Origin: Azolla caroliniana
Taxonomy: Eukaryota > Plantae > Polypodiophyta
Length of the DNA stretch: 64,000 bases
Direction of reading: 5' to 3'
Assembly: GCA_043228905.1 (NCBI GenBank)
Contig: JBHGNT010000009.1
Span: 4,278,001-4,342,000 of the forward strand
Program-made: the position numbers and the translations under genes
Shown here: positions 51,752 to 64,000 of the stretch, piece after piece
How positions within the stretch are numbered: the first letter of the stretch is position 1
Layout: each line of letters starts with the position of its first letter
Notes under the pieces: model-generated
Told to the model about the DNA's origin: nothing
The model's database searches: none
What the model saw: only the letters and a program-made list of their open reading frames with translations

Positions 51752-54700
51752 TCAATGGGATTCAAATAATGGCGATGAACTTGGCTCAAGTCCTTGTTGG
51801 GATTCGGTCGTGCCATAGTCCGCATTCGTGCTGAGAGGCATTGCAGTGCTTATCGGATGATGATGATGATGATGATGGTGATGATCCAGCATGGGGCTGC
51901 TAACATAAAGATTATTAGGATTGTGCTTGCTGGAGTTATTGGTGAGGATGGATGTAATAGCCTCAGCAAGTGTGGTGACAAAGTTGGGATCGGCCGTGAT
52001 GGCATTAGCAGTAGAGCCAAGGATAGAAAGAGGAGGGGGGTGAGTGTGATCCAGGTGTGGCTCGAAGACATTGAAGGCCGGCCGGCCAGAAGAAGAGGAC
52101 ACAAGAGGAGTCGAGAAGGAGGACATAGTAGTGGCAGTGGGGCGGGGGCCGGGGTAAAGAATGGGCGTGATGTGGCGATGGGGTGTCCGTGTGAGGTCCA
52201 GAGTGATGGTGGGGAACGGGGCGGACGCGGAGATGCTGGTCATGGCGGCCGCTAGTGTCGGGTCCGTGAATTGGGCGGCCACCATTGAATCCATCATTTG
52301 TACCCGGCCACTACTACTACTCAGCATTGACCCCGACAACAGCATGTTTGCCGCCGCCGACGTGGTCTGTGCCATCGCCATCGCACCACGTGGCAACGGA
52401 TGGTTGTGCGTCCCCTCGTATGTATTGATCAATATGGACATATCATCCGCGCACCTTTGCACCTGCATTGCAAAAACACACAAAAAAAAAGAGAATAAGA
52501 CTAATTTTCAGAACCATTGTATATAAAACACACCCAACATCTATGATGAGCTTGTGATTAGAGGTCCCTCTTTGGTTGGAAGAGTTGGAGTTAAAACATT
52601 TGTTGTGTACTTTTCAAGGAACTTGGAGACTACGATCAGCGTTGTTCAATATTAATATAAGGAACTAGGAGACTACAATGAATGATGTTCAATATTAATA
52701 TTAATTTTATCTAATTCACTCTATCTTCATGAGTAGTTGATATTTTTGACAACTATACCTATGTCTAGAAGTGTTTAAATGCATTTCACAATGTTGTCAT
52801 CTATAACTTCTAGTTTGTAATCTTGGACTTAATCTTGCTTTTGGTTTTAAAACCACATTATCCTTGAGATAATTGGTCCTTTGTGAGGCATATTCTCTAA
52901 TCAAATGATCTTTAGTAATGCGTTGATTACCAATGTGAAACTGGATTTGGTGTCCCAAATAAAGCATGCATCAATCCCATATGCCTTGAATATATTGCTT
53001 TAATGAACTATGTGTCACGCCCTAATTGTCAACATAGTTAAATGGGCGCCTCTATGGGTCTCCAATGAGCCTTTGATAATGATGGTCCTTGCCAATAAAT
53101 AAATCGACTATGAGATTGTATAGGCTGAAAACAATGTTTGAGTAGAACAATTGGAGGGAGCATTATATGTCATGATGACATAGTGCACCTACCAATGAAT
53201 ATGCCACCCTAGAGACATTTGATATATTGACATGTGGAATGAGATTAACTCTCAAGACATGGTTAGTTGTTTCACAACAATGCCATAAGTTTCAAATGAT
53301 AATGAGATGCTTAGGTTGTTCATGGAGAATTAAGTTCAAATAGACTATATCTAATCGTTTAAGTATGGTTGGTCATCACATCATCTTTTCCATGCACTAA
53401 TGGGGGTTTATGACAACTCAATTGGGGGTATGGGGACAAAATAAAATTTTGGTGTTGGTTTTGTATTGCTTTGCGTAACATCATGGAGGCATCTTCTTAA
53501 TAATGCATTTCTTAAGTCACAAAATAAAAGTAACAATCAATGTCAAATTACATCAGAATGCACCTTATGGTATGAAAATTACCTGCTTTCGAACTGGACA
53601 AGTTGGGGACAAGGTGCACCTGTAATATGCTCTTGGACACGGATTTCCCTTTGCCATTTTTTGTCCATACTTTCTCCATTGGCATCCATCCTTTATCTAA
53701 ATAACATGATTAATATGGACATATAAAGACTAGTGTTTTATTTTTATTTGTATAACAATGCAAGAAATAGAAAGGGTGTTTTTTTTTCAAAGGGCATATT
53801 GAGATCATTTATATGCCCCCAAATGTTGTTCAAAGGGCATAGGACACTCAAACTTTCTCTATTTATTGATTGTGATTGACCTCTAGTTTAGTAGGACAGG
53901 TTAAAACTTTAGACATTAATATCATTTTGGAACACCCTCCCCTACACAATCACTAATACGTGGGCTTGATGAAGATATTATGACTTGTTGGTCATATATC
54001 GATTCTAATGTCCCAAAATCATTAATGTCTCTTTTGCAAGGTTATAACAATCTCGATTTGTGGGTGTACTAATACTATGTACAATCAACCTCAACAATTT
54101 GAAGTCACATGATGGATATCCAAACAATATAGTTAGTTTTTGGTGTCATGGTGCCAAGAAGATGATACCACGCACATCAATGTATTAAGGTGTACCCATT
54201 GATATTGTTACGATTTGAGATAGGGCATTAGGGCACAAATTATGAGAGTAATCCACTATCTTTGCCCTAAACAAGTTCGGGAGTCTACGTATCGTATCAC
54301 ACCTTGATACAATGCTCTGCCTTTGATTGCATCCGATTATGCTTTCCACACATCTTCGACCAAAAACCCAATCCTTGCACGAATTTCTCTCGTAGTCACA
54401 TTGTGCATTCTCAATTGCGGCTTTCATGAGTAAAGTTTAGAGTCACTACTCACTTTCACATGTTCTACATGTGAAACTGTTATATTGTAGGTCTCGTCGG
54501 TCATATTTGACCCTCGAAGGCAATAATAAACTCTATCTATTTATCTCTAGTCATGGGAGAAATTAGGAAGCTCACATTTAGTATTATACATCTCCTAATT
54601 GTGATCAAATTGTATGTAATGGACAATACTGAGATGTCTAAACCGATATCCTTGCCCATGTAAATCCATATGGACAATATCACTTACCATTCATCTAGTA

Positions 54701-57261
54701 GATCTCTAACTGAATTGACAAGACATGACACTATGATTGTTCGCCATCAAGCCAAATCAACTTAATACTAAGATGTCTAAACCGATATCCTTGCCCATGT
54801 AAATCCATATGGACAATATCACTTACCATTCATCTAGTAGATCTCTAACTGAATTGACAAGACATGACACTATGATTGTTCGCCATCAAGCCACATCAAC
54901 TAGTATATTGTCAACATACTCCCAGGGGCTAGGTATCTCTCCCTAGTTACTAGATGCTTCTCTCATTGTGAACTATATTATTGAGTCCATAGTGGATGGT
55001 AATTCCAATGTTCAAACATGTATGGATGGATGGATGGATGGATGTCAATTATAAAGACATTAATGCAACTTGATTATTGATGTATTCAATCTCATGAATC
55101 TAATGACAATGTGATTGAGGTGAATTAATGCAACTTAATTGTTGATATATTCAATCTCAGGAATCTAATGGCAATGTATGTAATTCAGTCTAATTCACCT
55201 GATTCAATTAAAGTTGTTTGATACAGATTAAGCTAATTATTAGTGTTGTTAGATTTACCATGGCAGTGTCGGATCGAGCTCTGACGGAGACACGAGCTTT
55301 CCTCACCACGGAAGCATCCACCATAGCAGGCTGATCTGCACCATCCACATTCTTAATCCCGAATGCTTGCGATTCATTATCCTTATAATTATAATTATCT
55401 CCAGAATCATGATGATGATCATCCTCATCCAGCAATCCTCCACTTCTTCTAATTCTATTGCTGTTACTAATACTACCGTAATTAGTATGGTTATGATCAT
55501 TATAAGCGTTCGATAATGTTGTATGACTCCTAATCTCACTATTAATGGCGACTGACTCATTCTTCTTCTTGTTTGCATTCTCTGCATCCGCTTCCATATT
55601 GTCGTTATTCTCAATATGGACGATTTCCTGATCGTTGTCTATAAATTCAAGTCTTTTGCTTCGTTTCGCCAAAATCCTTTGATTATGATGGTCTGCAGCA
55701 TGATCTTCGTTCAGGTCCTTAATGATCTCCATAGCCTTATAATTGTCTGCTCTGTTTCCACTAAATTGCAGGCACTGCAGCAAAGCCAAATTAGGATGAT
55801 GAAGTGCATGTTTGATCGTTCTTCGATGTATAAAAATCAATGAGTCTAGACTGGCACACAATCTATTAATCTGCAGATTTATGTGGATTAGCATAATTAC
55901 GGATAGCTAATAATCGAGAGTTAAATCACTGATACGATTAGTTAAAGATGAGCAAAGAAGGTAATTCATTATTAGGTTTCAGTGGATCGACCTTAAGTTT
56001 TGCACTTTCTGCAGCTTGCACATGATTACTCCTTAAATCCGGATCAGTTGTTATGAGATTACTAAGATTGAGGTTAGGGTTAGGGTTAGGGTTAGGGTTA
56101 GGGTTAGTGTTAGGGTTAGGGTTAGGGTTTGTATTATTAGAAGCACTCATGCGGGTTGCTGTGTTCACTTGGTCTTGTAAGTCCCTGCAGCTCTCTGTCA
56201 TCTCTTCTAAGGCTCTTCTCAGATTTGTATTCTCTTCACAGAGCTTAGAGAGCTCAGACCTCATATCATCGATTACCATGACCTGTCCCAAAACTAGTGA
56301 ATCATTAATCTGCACGTTGATTCATGAAGCTCTTAAGACTGATTGATTAATGCTACTAATCAACTGCATCATCCTAATGAAGCAGTAAATTGATACGTAA
56401 ATAGTTAATCACTAACTGCATAGCCATTAATTATCAGACCACTAATTACAAAACCATGACGAGTTGTTGAGCTTGACAAGATACATCCTCCTCATAATTG
56501 GTGATTATTGGCTGGTGATTAGTATATCCAGTCACCCATTAATTAATTTGGATTATTTCACAGACTCACTAAGGTAAGATTAACATGGTGGGCTCAGTAA
56601 AGCTACTAATTAGTGGATAGACAGTCCTAATTAGCGACCCCATTCGACTGCTAATCTCATCATCTTCATTATCGTTATACCTGCGGATCTTGAGGATCAT
56701 CACCTGCACGTTGTATGAGTACCTACAGATCAGATTTATAGATAAATAAATAAATAAATAAGATAGAATATGGATTGAAATCAAAACATCGGACAAAGAT
56801 ATCGATAATAATGATAACAACAACAATTGAACATATTTTCTATATATATAAATATATACATATCTATATAGATAGATAGATAGATAGATTAGAGAAAAGG
56901 AGAAGGAGAAAGAAAAACTGATTTTCGATCGAATCCTTACGTGCTCCTTAATCCCAAACTGATTAGTCTTGAGCTGCAGGGCGGGGATCGTCTGATAAAA
57001 GTCGGAGAATATTCTCAGGGGGCCATGGGAGCTCATGCCGGGCTTGATCGCGTGGGAGGAATCAAGGTGGGCATCTGGAGGATCAGGATCAGGATCATGG
57101 AGTCCACGATCATGGCGTCGATCCTTATCATCATCATCATCATCGTTGTTGTTGTTGTTGTTATGATTTCCTGCACTAGACAGATAATCTCGGGTGATTA
57201 CATCCACAGAGTTGAGATTGAGATCCAGCTGAAGCTCCTCCTCTTCCTCCTTAATGATCAT
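51752..57261 (-). CDS. WRKY: Group IIb WRKY transcription factor, ~664 aa; predicted exons 57261-56941, 56722-56681, 56282-55992, 55774-55259 (alternative acceptor 55870), 53696-53583, 52462-51752
   Basis: All predicted introns are GT-AG and phase 0; coiled-coil [16 protein letters not shown]; [11 protein letters not shown]; WRKYGQK with C-x5-C...HNH finger split by the VQR-type intron; group IIb C-terminal motifs [14 protein letters not shown] and AITADPNF. Confidence 0.92.
53583..53696 (-). CDS. WRKY: WRKY domain exon (not in the ORF track)
   Basis: Translates [38 protein letters not shown], bounded by AG and GT. Confidence 0.95.
54625..54901. repeat. 139-bp tandem duplication in a WRKY intron
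   Basis: AATACT(G/A)AGATGTCTAAACCG starts at 54625 and 54764. Confidence 0.88.
56074..56127 (+). repeat. (TTAGGG)9 telomere-like tract encoding poly(Asn-Pro) in WRKY exon 3
   Basis: 5 perfect units, then TTAGTG, then 3 perfect units. Confidence 0.9.
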
Positions 57262-57550
57262 GAGGCGCGATCTGCAAAATTAGGGTTTTTGAATGGATCT
57301 GATTGAATGGAAATTATAAAGGCGGAGGCAAGCGTCGCAGAATCCGCGCAGAAATTGGAAAGGAGAGAAGGGGGGGATCAAAAATCTTCCTTCTTCTTCT
57401 CTCTCTCGTTTTTTTTTTTCTCTGTTGTCTTTTAAGATCAGCAGTAGGGTTTACGAGTCTTCTTCTTCTTCTTCTTCTTCTTTCTTTTCTCATCTGCGAC
57501 TTTCTTTCTTTTTTTGTTGGGGGCAGGGTAGGGGGGAGGGGGGGGCCCAC

Positions 57551-57629
57551 GGGGGTGACGTCACCCCCCGGCGGATGACGTCACCATGGCGTGGGCCAAT
57601 CAGAAGCCGAGATCCGCCTGCGTGGTCAA
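57551..57629 (-). promoter_or_regulatory. WRKY upstream module: two TGACGTCA palindromes, a CCAAT motif and a W-box
   Basis: TGACGTCA at 57556 and 57576; CCAAT at 57596; TTGACC on the minus strand at 57624-57629. Confidence 0.55.
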
Positions 57630-57652
57630 CGTGGTAGACCATAATGTACGAC

Positions 57653-57687
<35 letters not shown>

Positions 57688-60600
57688 GGAGTGGGCCCGG
57701 CCGGGCCTCTCTCTCTTTTGTCCGGTCCGTCCCACGGGGGGCGGGGACCAAATTTCGGTCTTCTATCTCTCTCTTTTGTCCAGTCCGTCCCACGGGGGCG
57801 GGGGCCAAATTTCGGTCTTAGAAGACGGTTAATATATTATACATATCTTTCTTTCTTTCTCCCTATTTTGTCCCGTTCGACCACCCTCTTTCTCGACTTT
57901 TAATAACGCTCGGCTTATAAGCGTCATCCCCGACAAAATTCGGCACCTCTATAGAGCCACGGCTATCGGATTAATTACTGCTCTTCTTCTGGGTTGTCTC
58001 GCCCATCTCATTGGGGAAGGCGCGGAGGAAGGGCCCCCCAACAATGTACACAGACTCCGAAAGTTGAATCGAGTGATTCAAATGTTGATGCCTTTACGAC
58101 TATTAGGCACCAAGAGCGCAATTTGTTATCCCCAAATCCCCCCAATGCAATTATATGAGAATGACACATTACCATATTTGCTTTCTTCGTCTCTCTCTCT
58201 CATGGGCCAATTTTGGTCTTAGAAGACGTTAATATCTCTCTCTCTCTCTCTCTCTCTCTATTGTGACGGTTTCTATCACCCCAACCCTTAGAATATATGG
58301 ATACACAACTTGCAGAAAAGTGCCTATGTGTGTGACCAGTGGATAACTTCACACCTCTTTCTTCACATCAAACTTGTTGGAATAGAAGGTGGTAGATGGG
58401 AGAAAGCGATAGTTGATAATTGCATGTTATGCCAACTATATGAGAGGAACATAGATAGCATATTTGCTCTAAGGCCAATTAATAGAGTACATGAGAATAA
58501 CATAAGATTCCTTGATGATAAATATACATACTCATGGCTAGGAGATGCCTCAAAGCATCGAGCACCTGGGGAGAAGAATGAAACACCCTCTTCTCAAACA
58601 TGTAACAACTAGCATTGGGAAACAACAAAGGCTTGATTTGGGACTCCTCAAGCATAATAATACAATCTAAATGAGGTGTCTCTTACGGTTTTCGAATGGG
58701 AGTGGACATGATCAAAAAGTTGCCTTTTTAATCTCTATTTCATGTTTGTTAATTCCCATTTCTTGAACAAGAGGTTTTGGTATCATGATCTACATTGTCT
58801 TCTATAGAAACATCGACCCTGCAAGTTGTGTTGTTGTTCTTTCAAATACAATAAATTTAAGTATGTCTAATAATGACTTTCTCTCAACATTTAAATATAA
58901 ATAGTTCGAATTTTTCTCTCCTCCTTGTCTCTCTCAACATATAAGTATAATCATAGAGCCATTCTCCTTCCCAAGCTTTACATATAGATGCAAATATCTA
59001 CATATATAAATCTCTCTCTCTCTCTCTCTCTCTCTTCCCCTTTTTCTTTTTTATAAAGGGGGTTTATGAATTCTATGTAAAGTCTTATCAGATTTGTCAA
59101 AGTGTGGCCTAAATTTGAATGAAATACAAAAGTTATTTTGACAAAAGACCTCCAAGTATTACAAAACCTAACAAATAAATTTGTAAACTAAGGGCCTCGT
59201 CACACATTTCCCAAAGGTCTATCTGAAAATACAATCAACAAAAAGGGTGATATGCAGCTTTGAGGAGTCACAAAAGGCGCAACAAGATTCAAGGCAAAAA
59301 CAAATGCACCAACTCCGCACGTTATTCATGGGAATACCAAGAATAACTATAGGTGACTAGCTCGTTAAAAAAATGGTCATGGTAATGTGAGAGTTTGACA
59401 AAGAACGATGCTTGACTAAAGCAAGGACATATATAATTTGTAGAATGATCCAATGTCAAAGACTAAACAATCATCAAATATAAGAATATTGTTATTCTCC
59501 TCGAGGGACTTTGAACAATTAGTGTGGATCTTCACATTGTCAAAATAAAGTTGTGTGCGTACAAAGTGATGATCGAATGTAGGTCCGCCTTCAAAAGATA
59601 TATTAAAACCTTAGCATATGTTTGACATAAAACCTTCTCTACATAAACTCGTCTATATTGTGTAGGGGAAGGAGAAGTTGAATTTTCACCATCCAATTGA
59701 GAAGTTAGCTTATGCATCTCAAAAGGAACATTCTAGAAAGTAGAGCTTTAGCTTTGCATCTCAAAGGGATTAGACAAATCAGTTCAAGTGACCTACAATA
59801 AGCTTAACTTTGTCATTTATAATCACTTCCTAAAATAAGTGTCGGAGTTGTTACTTCCATCTAGCTCTTAGGTGAAGGTAGTGGTGGAGTGGGAAGTAAC
59901 TATAAGAGGGCAGGGAAACAACTTCTGTTGAGGAATTATGTCTTCTTCTTCTTCAATGTAGGACAATTCGGAAATGAAATACATCCATACATGAAATGAT
60001 AGGAAGTTATGACATAATACAAATGAAGATGTACTTTATAGGAAGTTAGGACATGTTTAGTAGAAACTTTATAAATAATTTCTATTTGATTCTATTCCAT
60101 TAACAAATATTCAACCTCGAAAGATAAACAGTTCAACTAGTTGAGGTTACCTTCCCATAAGGTTGGTGCCTCTATATTTAAAGATTATCATGATGGTGAT
60201 ATGATCATTTCCTTTACAAGCTCATGAATTAGAGTGTAATAATAAGTAAGATGCGTATTTTTCCTACAATGGTGAAAACATGTTACATCACCCTCTCTTG
60301 TGACCTTCCAAAAAGTCCTCATGAATGTATTTTTGGAAATCTCCTTTTGTGGCCAATTAAGATACCTTTACAAATTGCATGAGATAATCAAAATAACGAG
60401 AAGTCATGAAAATTTCCCACAATGTTATCAAGGGAGTTTAACTCTCTTTCTCTAATAGGGAGGGACATCGAGATGCACTAATAATAAGCCTTATCATTTG
60501 TGCACATTATGTCCAAGCAAAGTTCTTTATGATGTCACACGCAAAACTTTATTCTCTCATCCTTAGATCATATTTGAATTTGACTCTTCCACATTTTTAA

Positions 60601-61093
60601 CCACAATGAGTCCGTTCATAGCTTTCTCTCCTAACTATTATCGTGGAATTTCAATAACAATGATCACTAATACAACCCTTGATCATCCGGATTCATTTTA
60701 TCACCTCCACCACACTATTTGAGAAAGTTTTCGACCATAAGCAAGGTCATATTTGAGCTCTAGGGATGATACTAAAGTCCATCTAGCCTCAGCCTCTAAG
60801 GATGATAATAAAGTTTATTTGTCCCTCCTATCAAAATCGTTTCTTCTATCAAACAATTTGTTTCCTTCATTGAATGTGGACTCTTGCCAATTTAAAGAAA
60901 ATTTAACAACCCCTCCATCAATTGAAGCAACTTAGTGTGTTACTTTTTTCATGTGTAATCTTCTCACCATACAATAGTCCATTAATGGTGCCGCGATGGT
61001 GGTAGTTAAAATCATCAACCTTGGTGCATGGGAGTTACATAATGTTGATAAACATAAACATGCACACATACTATGTCCATATACATTATGGAG

Positions 61094-61129
<36 letters not shown>

Positions 61130-63179
61130 TTGGAAATTATTCTTAGATGACCACATATATAGTCCACTTGAAGAAATAAACCCAATCATTACATAGTTCA
61201 TTAAAGAGATTCATAAAATTATGCATGGTTTCATTTACTTTTGACTCTCTTTAGATATTGTACTAGTTAGTCTTGGAATTTGAAACCAATGATGAAATTA
61301 GTTTTCATTTTGGTTAACATATGTATATATAAGATGTCATCATGGACTACGATTGTTAAAACACCAACAACTTGCAAATAATTACAATTACTATTATCAT
61401 AAACGTCAACTTGGTTAATGTTGGAAGGATGTCAACTACCCATTGTTATCATTGGCATGTAACATCAAATGCATGCTATCGTGTGTTACTAATTATTATT
61501 ACCATTTTATAAGTATTTTACCGAGTTATGCATTGATACACAAAAGCGTTGATATCATGAATTTTTAAGGTATTGGCTAATTCCCCAAATCAACTTGCTC
61601 ATTTTCATAGGAGAGAGGAATTTTGTACTCTATCGAAGTGATCTATTCCATTTTCACATCACTTAAATTATCTTAAATTCCATTTAGTGTGTTCTATTAA
61701 GGTTGTTAAGATGACCACAACATCAATGTTTTTCTATAATTGTTTTGTCATCCACATTGCCACATTGAAGGTCAATGTAGCAATATCATGCCAATGATGT
61801 ATTCTAACACATGTTGTTAGTTCCTAGGATATTTTGGGAAGGATTTCAGCTATCATGGTACTCGATTCAATACCTTAACCACTTACTTCCCAAGGGCTTC
61901 ATTTATTACTTAAAGGATATGGTTATTGATTTCATCCTTTTGTATCATAGATAATGCAGTAATGGGGAATAAATTGCTAGTGTTGGCAATATCCTAAACA
62001 TAGATATGAATTGTGTTTGTAATAAACATGTTGCAACTTGCAAGGGGCAAGCTTTACTAATACATGACATGTTGGTATAACATTCACGAAAGATAACCTA
62101 GGCAAACCTAACCTACGAGACAAAAATGCAATGCTTTTGCCCATAATGTACTCTTATGTTTTAAGAAATTTCCTTTGCTAAACATCGAATTTTTGAAGTT
62201 TCTTTGATAACATGTTCGAATTGTCTCGAGATAAACCAAATGGACATATAATCTTAATCTTATTTGTTAATGGCACACAATTTAATGGAACATGTTAAAT
62301 TTATTGAGTACTTGGTACTGGTCTTTCAAACTTCCAAAGGAGAATACATTCCATTATATCACAAGATAATCCTCATGATCCTAGTAATGCACAATATATT
62401 GATCTAATTTACTGCCACCAAGCTATTTGCTTTTTTCATTGCTTAGAAGTTAGTAGTGATCTCTTAAATTGTTAAATGAGTCAAACAAGTTACCACATGG
62501 TATATTCTAATTTGATATAATAATGTCAAATATTTTATCACCATTAGGGCCAAAATGAAATAATATATTATTAAATGACTTCGGAATTTCAAACATTAAT
62601 TCATTTGTGGCATTGCCTTTGGAAACACAAATGATGAGGATTTGTTTAATAAGCATTCCATTTTGGGAACACTTTGGTAGTATGGAATCTAGACTCTGGA
62701 CACATGACCTCAAAGCTATAAGTACATTGAATCTATTCAATGAATATAACATCAAAACCTAGGTTTTAACAACGAAATTTTATTTGTTGAAAAATTGTTG
62801 GTGTGTCTATGAACTCAATTTAACAATATTATGATCAATTTTTTGTAATGAGTTCAACATGTAATACATTACAAACCACAAGCTTTACCACTCCACCATC
62901 ATGTTTATATCTTAACTTAAGATTGTTTGGGAGATATGAATAAACAATTTGTTAGATTTGATTCATGCAATGATGTGGAACGACAATGCTTTAATGTGGT
63001 GCTTTGACATGCAGTTTTGTAGTATGTACTATTAATAGAAAGCGAGATCACACCTAACAACACATGCAATTAAATCACCAAAGCCCACCGACATCTTTCA
63101 AAAGAGAAAAAAGTGAATGCATCTTCACACGTGAATATGCACATAATATAATAGTTCAAACATATGGTGAAGCATTGAA

Positions 63180-63183
63180 TTGT

Positions 63184-63252
<69 letters not shown>
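63180..63252. repeat. Compound microsatellite (TG)n(AG)n
   Basis: Directly visible. Confidence 0.95.
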
Positions 63253-63254
<2 letters not shown>

Positions 63255-64000
63255 AGTTTTATTAAAGATATGGAGAAGTAGATGAGGTGTAGATAATCAG
63301 TCTACAATAAACAAGACTAGAGCCTTTACCTATTACATTAAAATACCTACAGGCTACGCCCTTAATTACAACAATGCCTTTTGTCATTGATGGGCCTATC
63401 ACTACTTGTTCATTTGAACCTATGTGGATTTGAGTGTTTATTTGAAATTGAAAGAGCTCTTCATACCATCCTTTGATCTACTCATTTTAGAAAGCATTGG
63501 GCTTCCACATTGTCCCTTTTTTGTATACCTCAATCATCCTTTATAATACTACTTCAAAACTTGGCAATATTACTCCCACACCTACAAGTCGAGTCTGCAA
63601 ATGGGATATACAAACATGGGACTTTCAAATGGTAAAAAGAAGTGGATATTTGCAACAAATTTTGATATCGATTCTTCCATCTCAAGGTTTGTTCGAGTTG
63701 CCATTAAATGCTCCTTAACCACCTGGAGCAAGTTATCGAAATTGTATCAGGATAGATTAAAGGATCCACTTTTGATGGTTGATATGAGGGAACTCTATTA
63801 GTAGGACACCCGATTGTTTTGGTTGCTTCTTTGACGATCTATATTTGGTTAGTGGGTTCAAAGTATTCATGGATTACTTCCTAGTTTAACCATACTTGAT
63901 TTAATGTATTGACTACACATAGTATTATGTTTAACTTGTTCCAAGGCTTTACATTTTATGTTTTCAGATGTACTTCCTACACTTATACACTCATAGATAT

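Noticed and set aside
51794-52526. Plus-strand ORFs opposite the WRKY last exon (also 56941-57306)
   Set aside because: Antisense shadows of low-complexity coding sequence.
52850-54480. Possible retroelement remnants in WRKY introns
   Set aside because: Only faint resemblance (e.g. GVPIDIVT); too degenerate to call.
59500-60950. Possible decayed LINE fragment
   Set aside because: No continuous frame or unambiguous motif could be read by eye.

Overview
Eukaryotic plant genomic DNA. Tcn1-type chromoviruses and a fungal-like Gypsy lineage suggest a non-seed plant such as a fern, lycophyte or bryophyte (inference). Bases 1-47,000 are a deeply nested transposon pile: several Ty1/Copia elements, three Tcn1-like chromoviruses, a tRNA-Trp-primed non-chromovirus Gypsy family with solo LTRs, and two hAT MITEs. 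The pile also holds a 12.6-kb TIR DNA transposon (23132-35747) with a DDD transposase resembling Sola (probably Sola2). This element carries a second, convergent gene with RING-H2-like and FCP1/NIF-phosphatase-like domains, and each of its two genes has an in-frame GT-AG intron filled with a TAGCTAATTAGCTA palindromic satellite. The only clear host gene is a six-exon group IIb WRKY transcription factor on the minus strand (51752-57261). The rest (58-64 kb) is AT-rich intergenic DNA. Other notable signals are tRNA-like A/B boxes inside LTRs of several families, CpG-centred 4-bp target sites for one Gypsy family, an LTR insertion bounded by two U3 ends, Tf1-style self-priming, and a (TTAGGG)n tract inside a WRKY coding exon. 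All family assignments come from motif recognition by eye, with no database searches.
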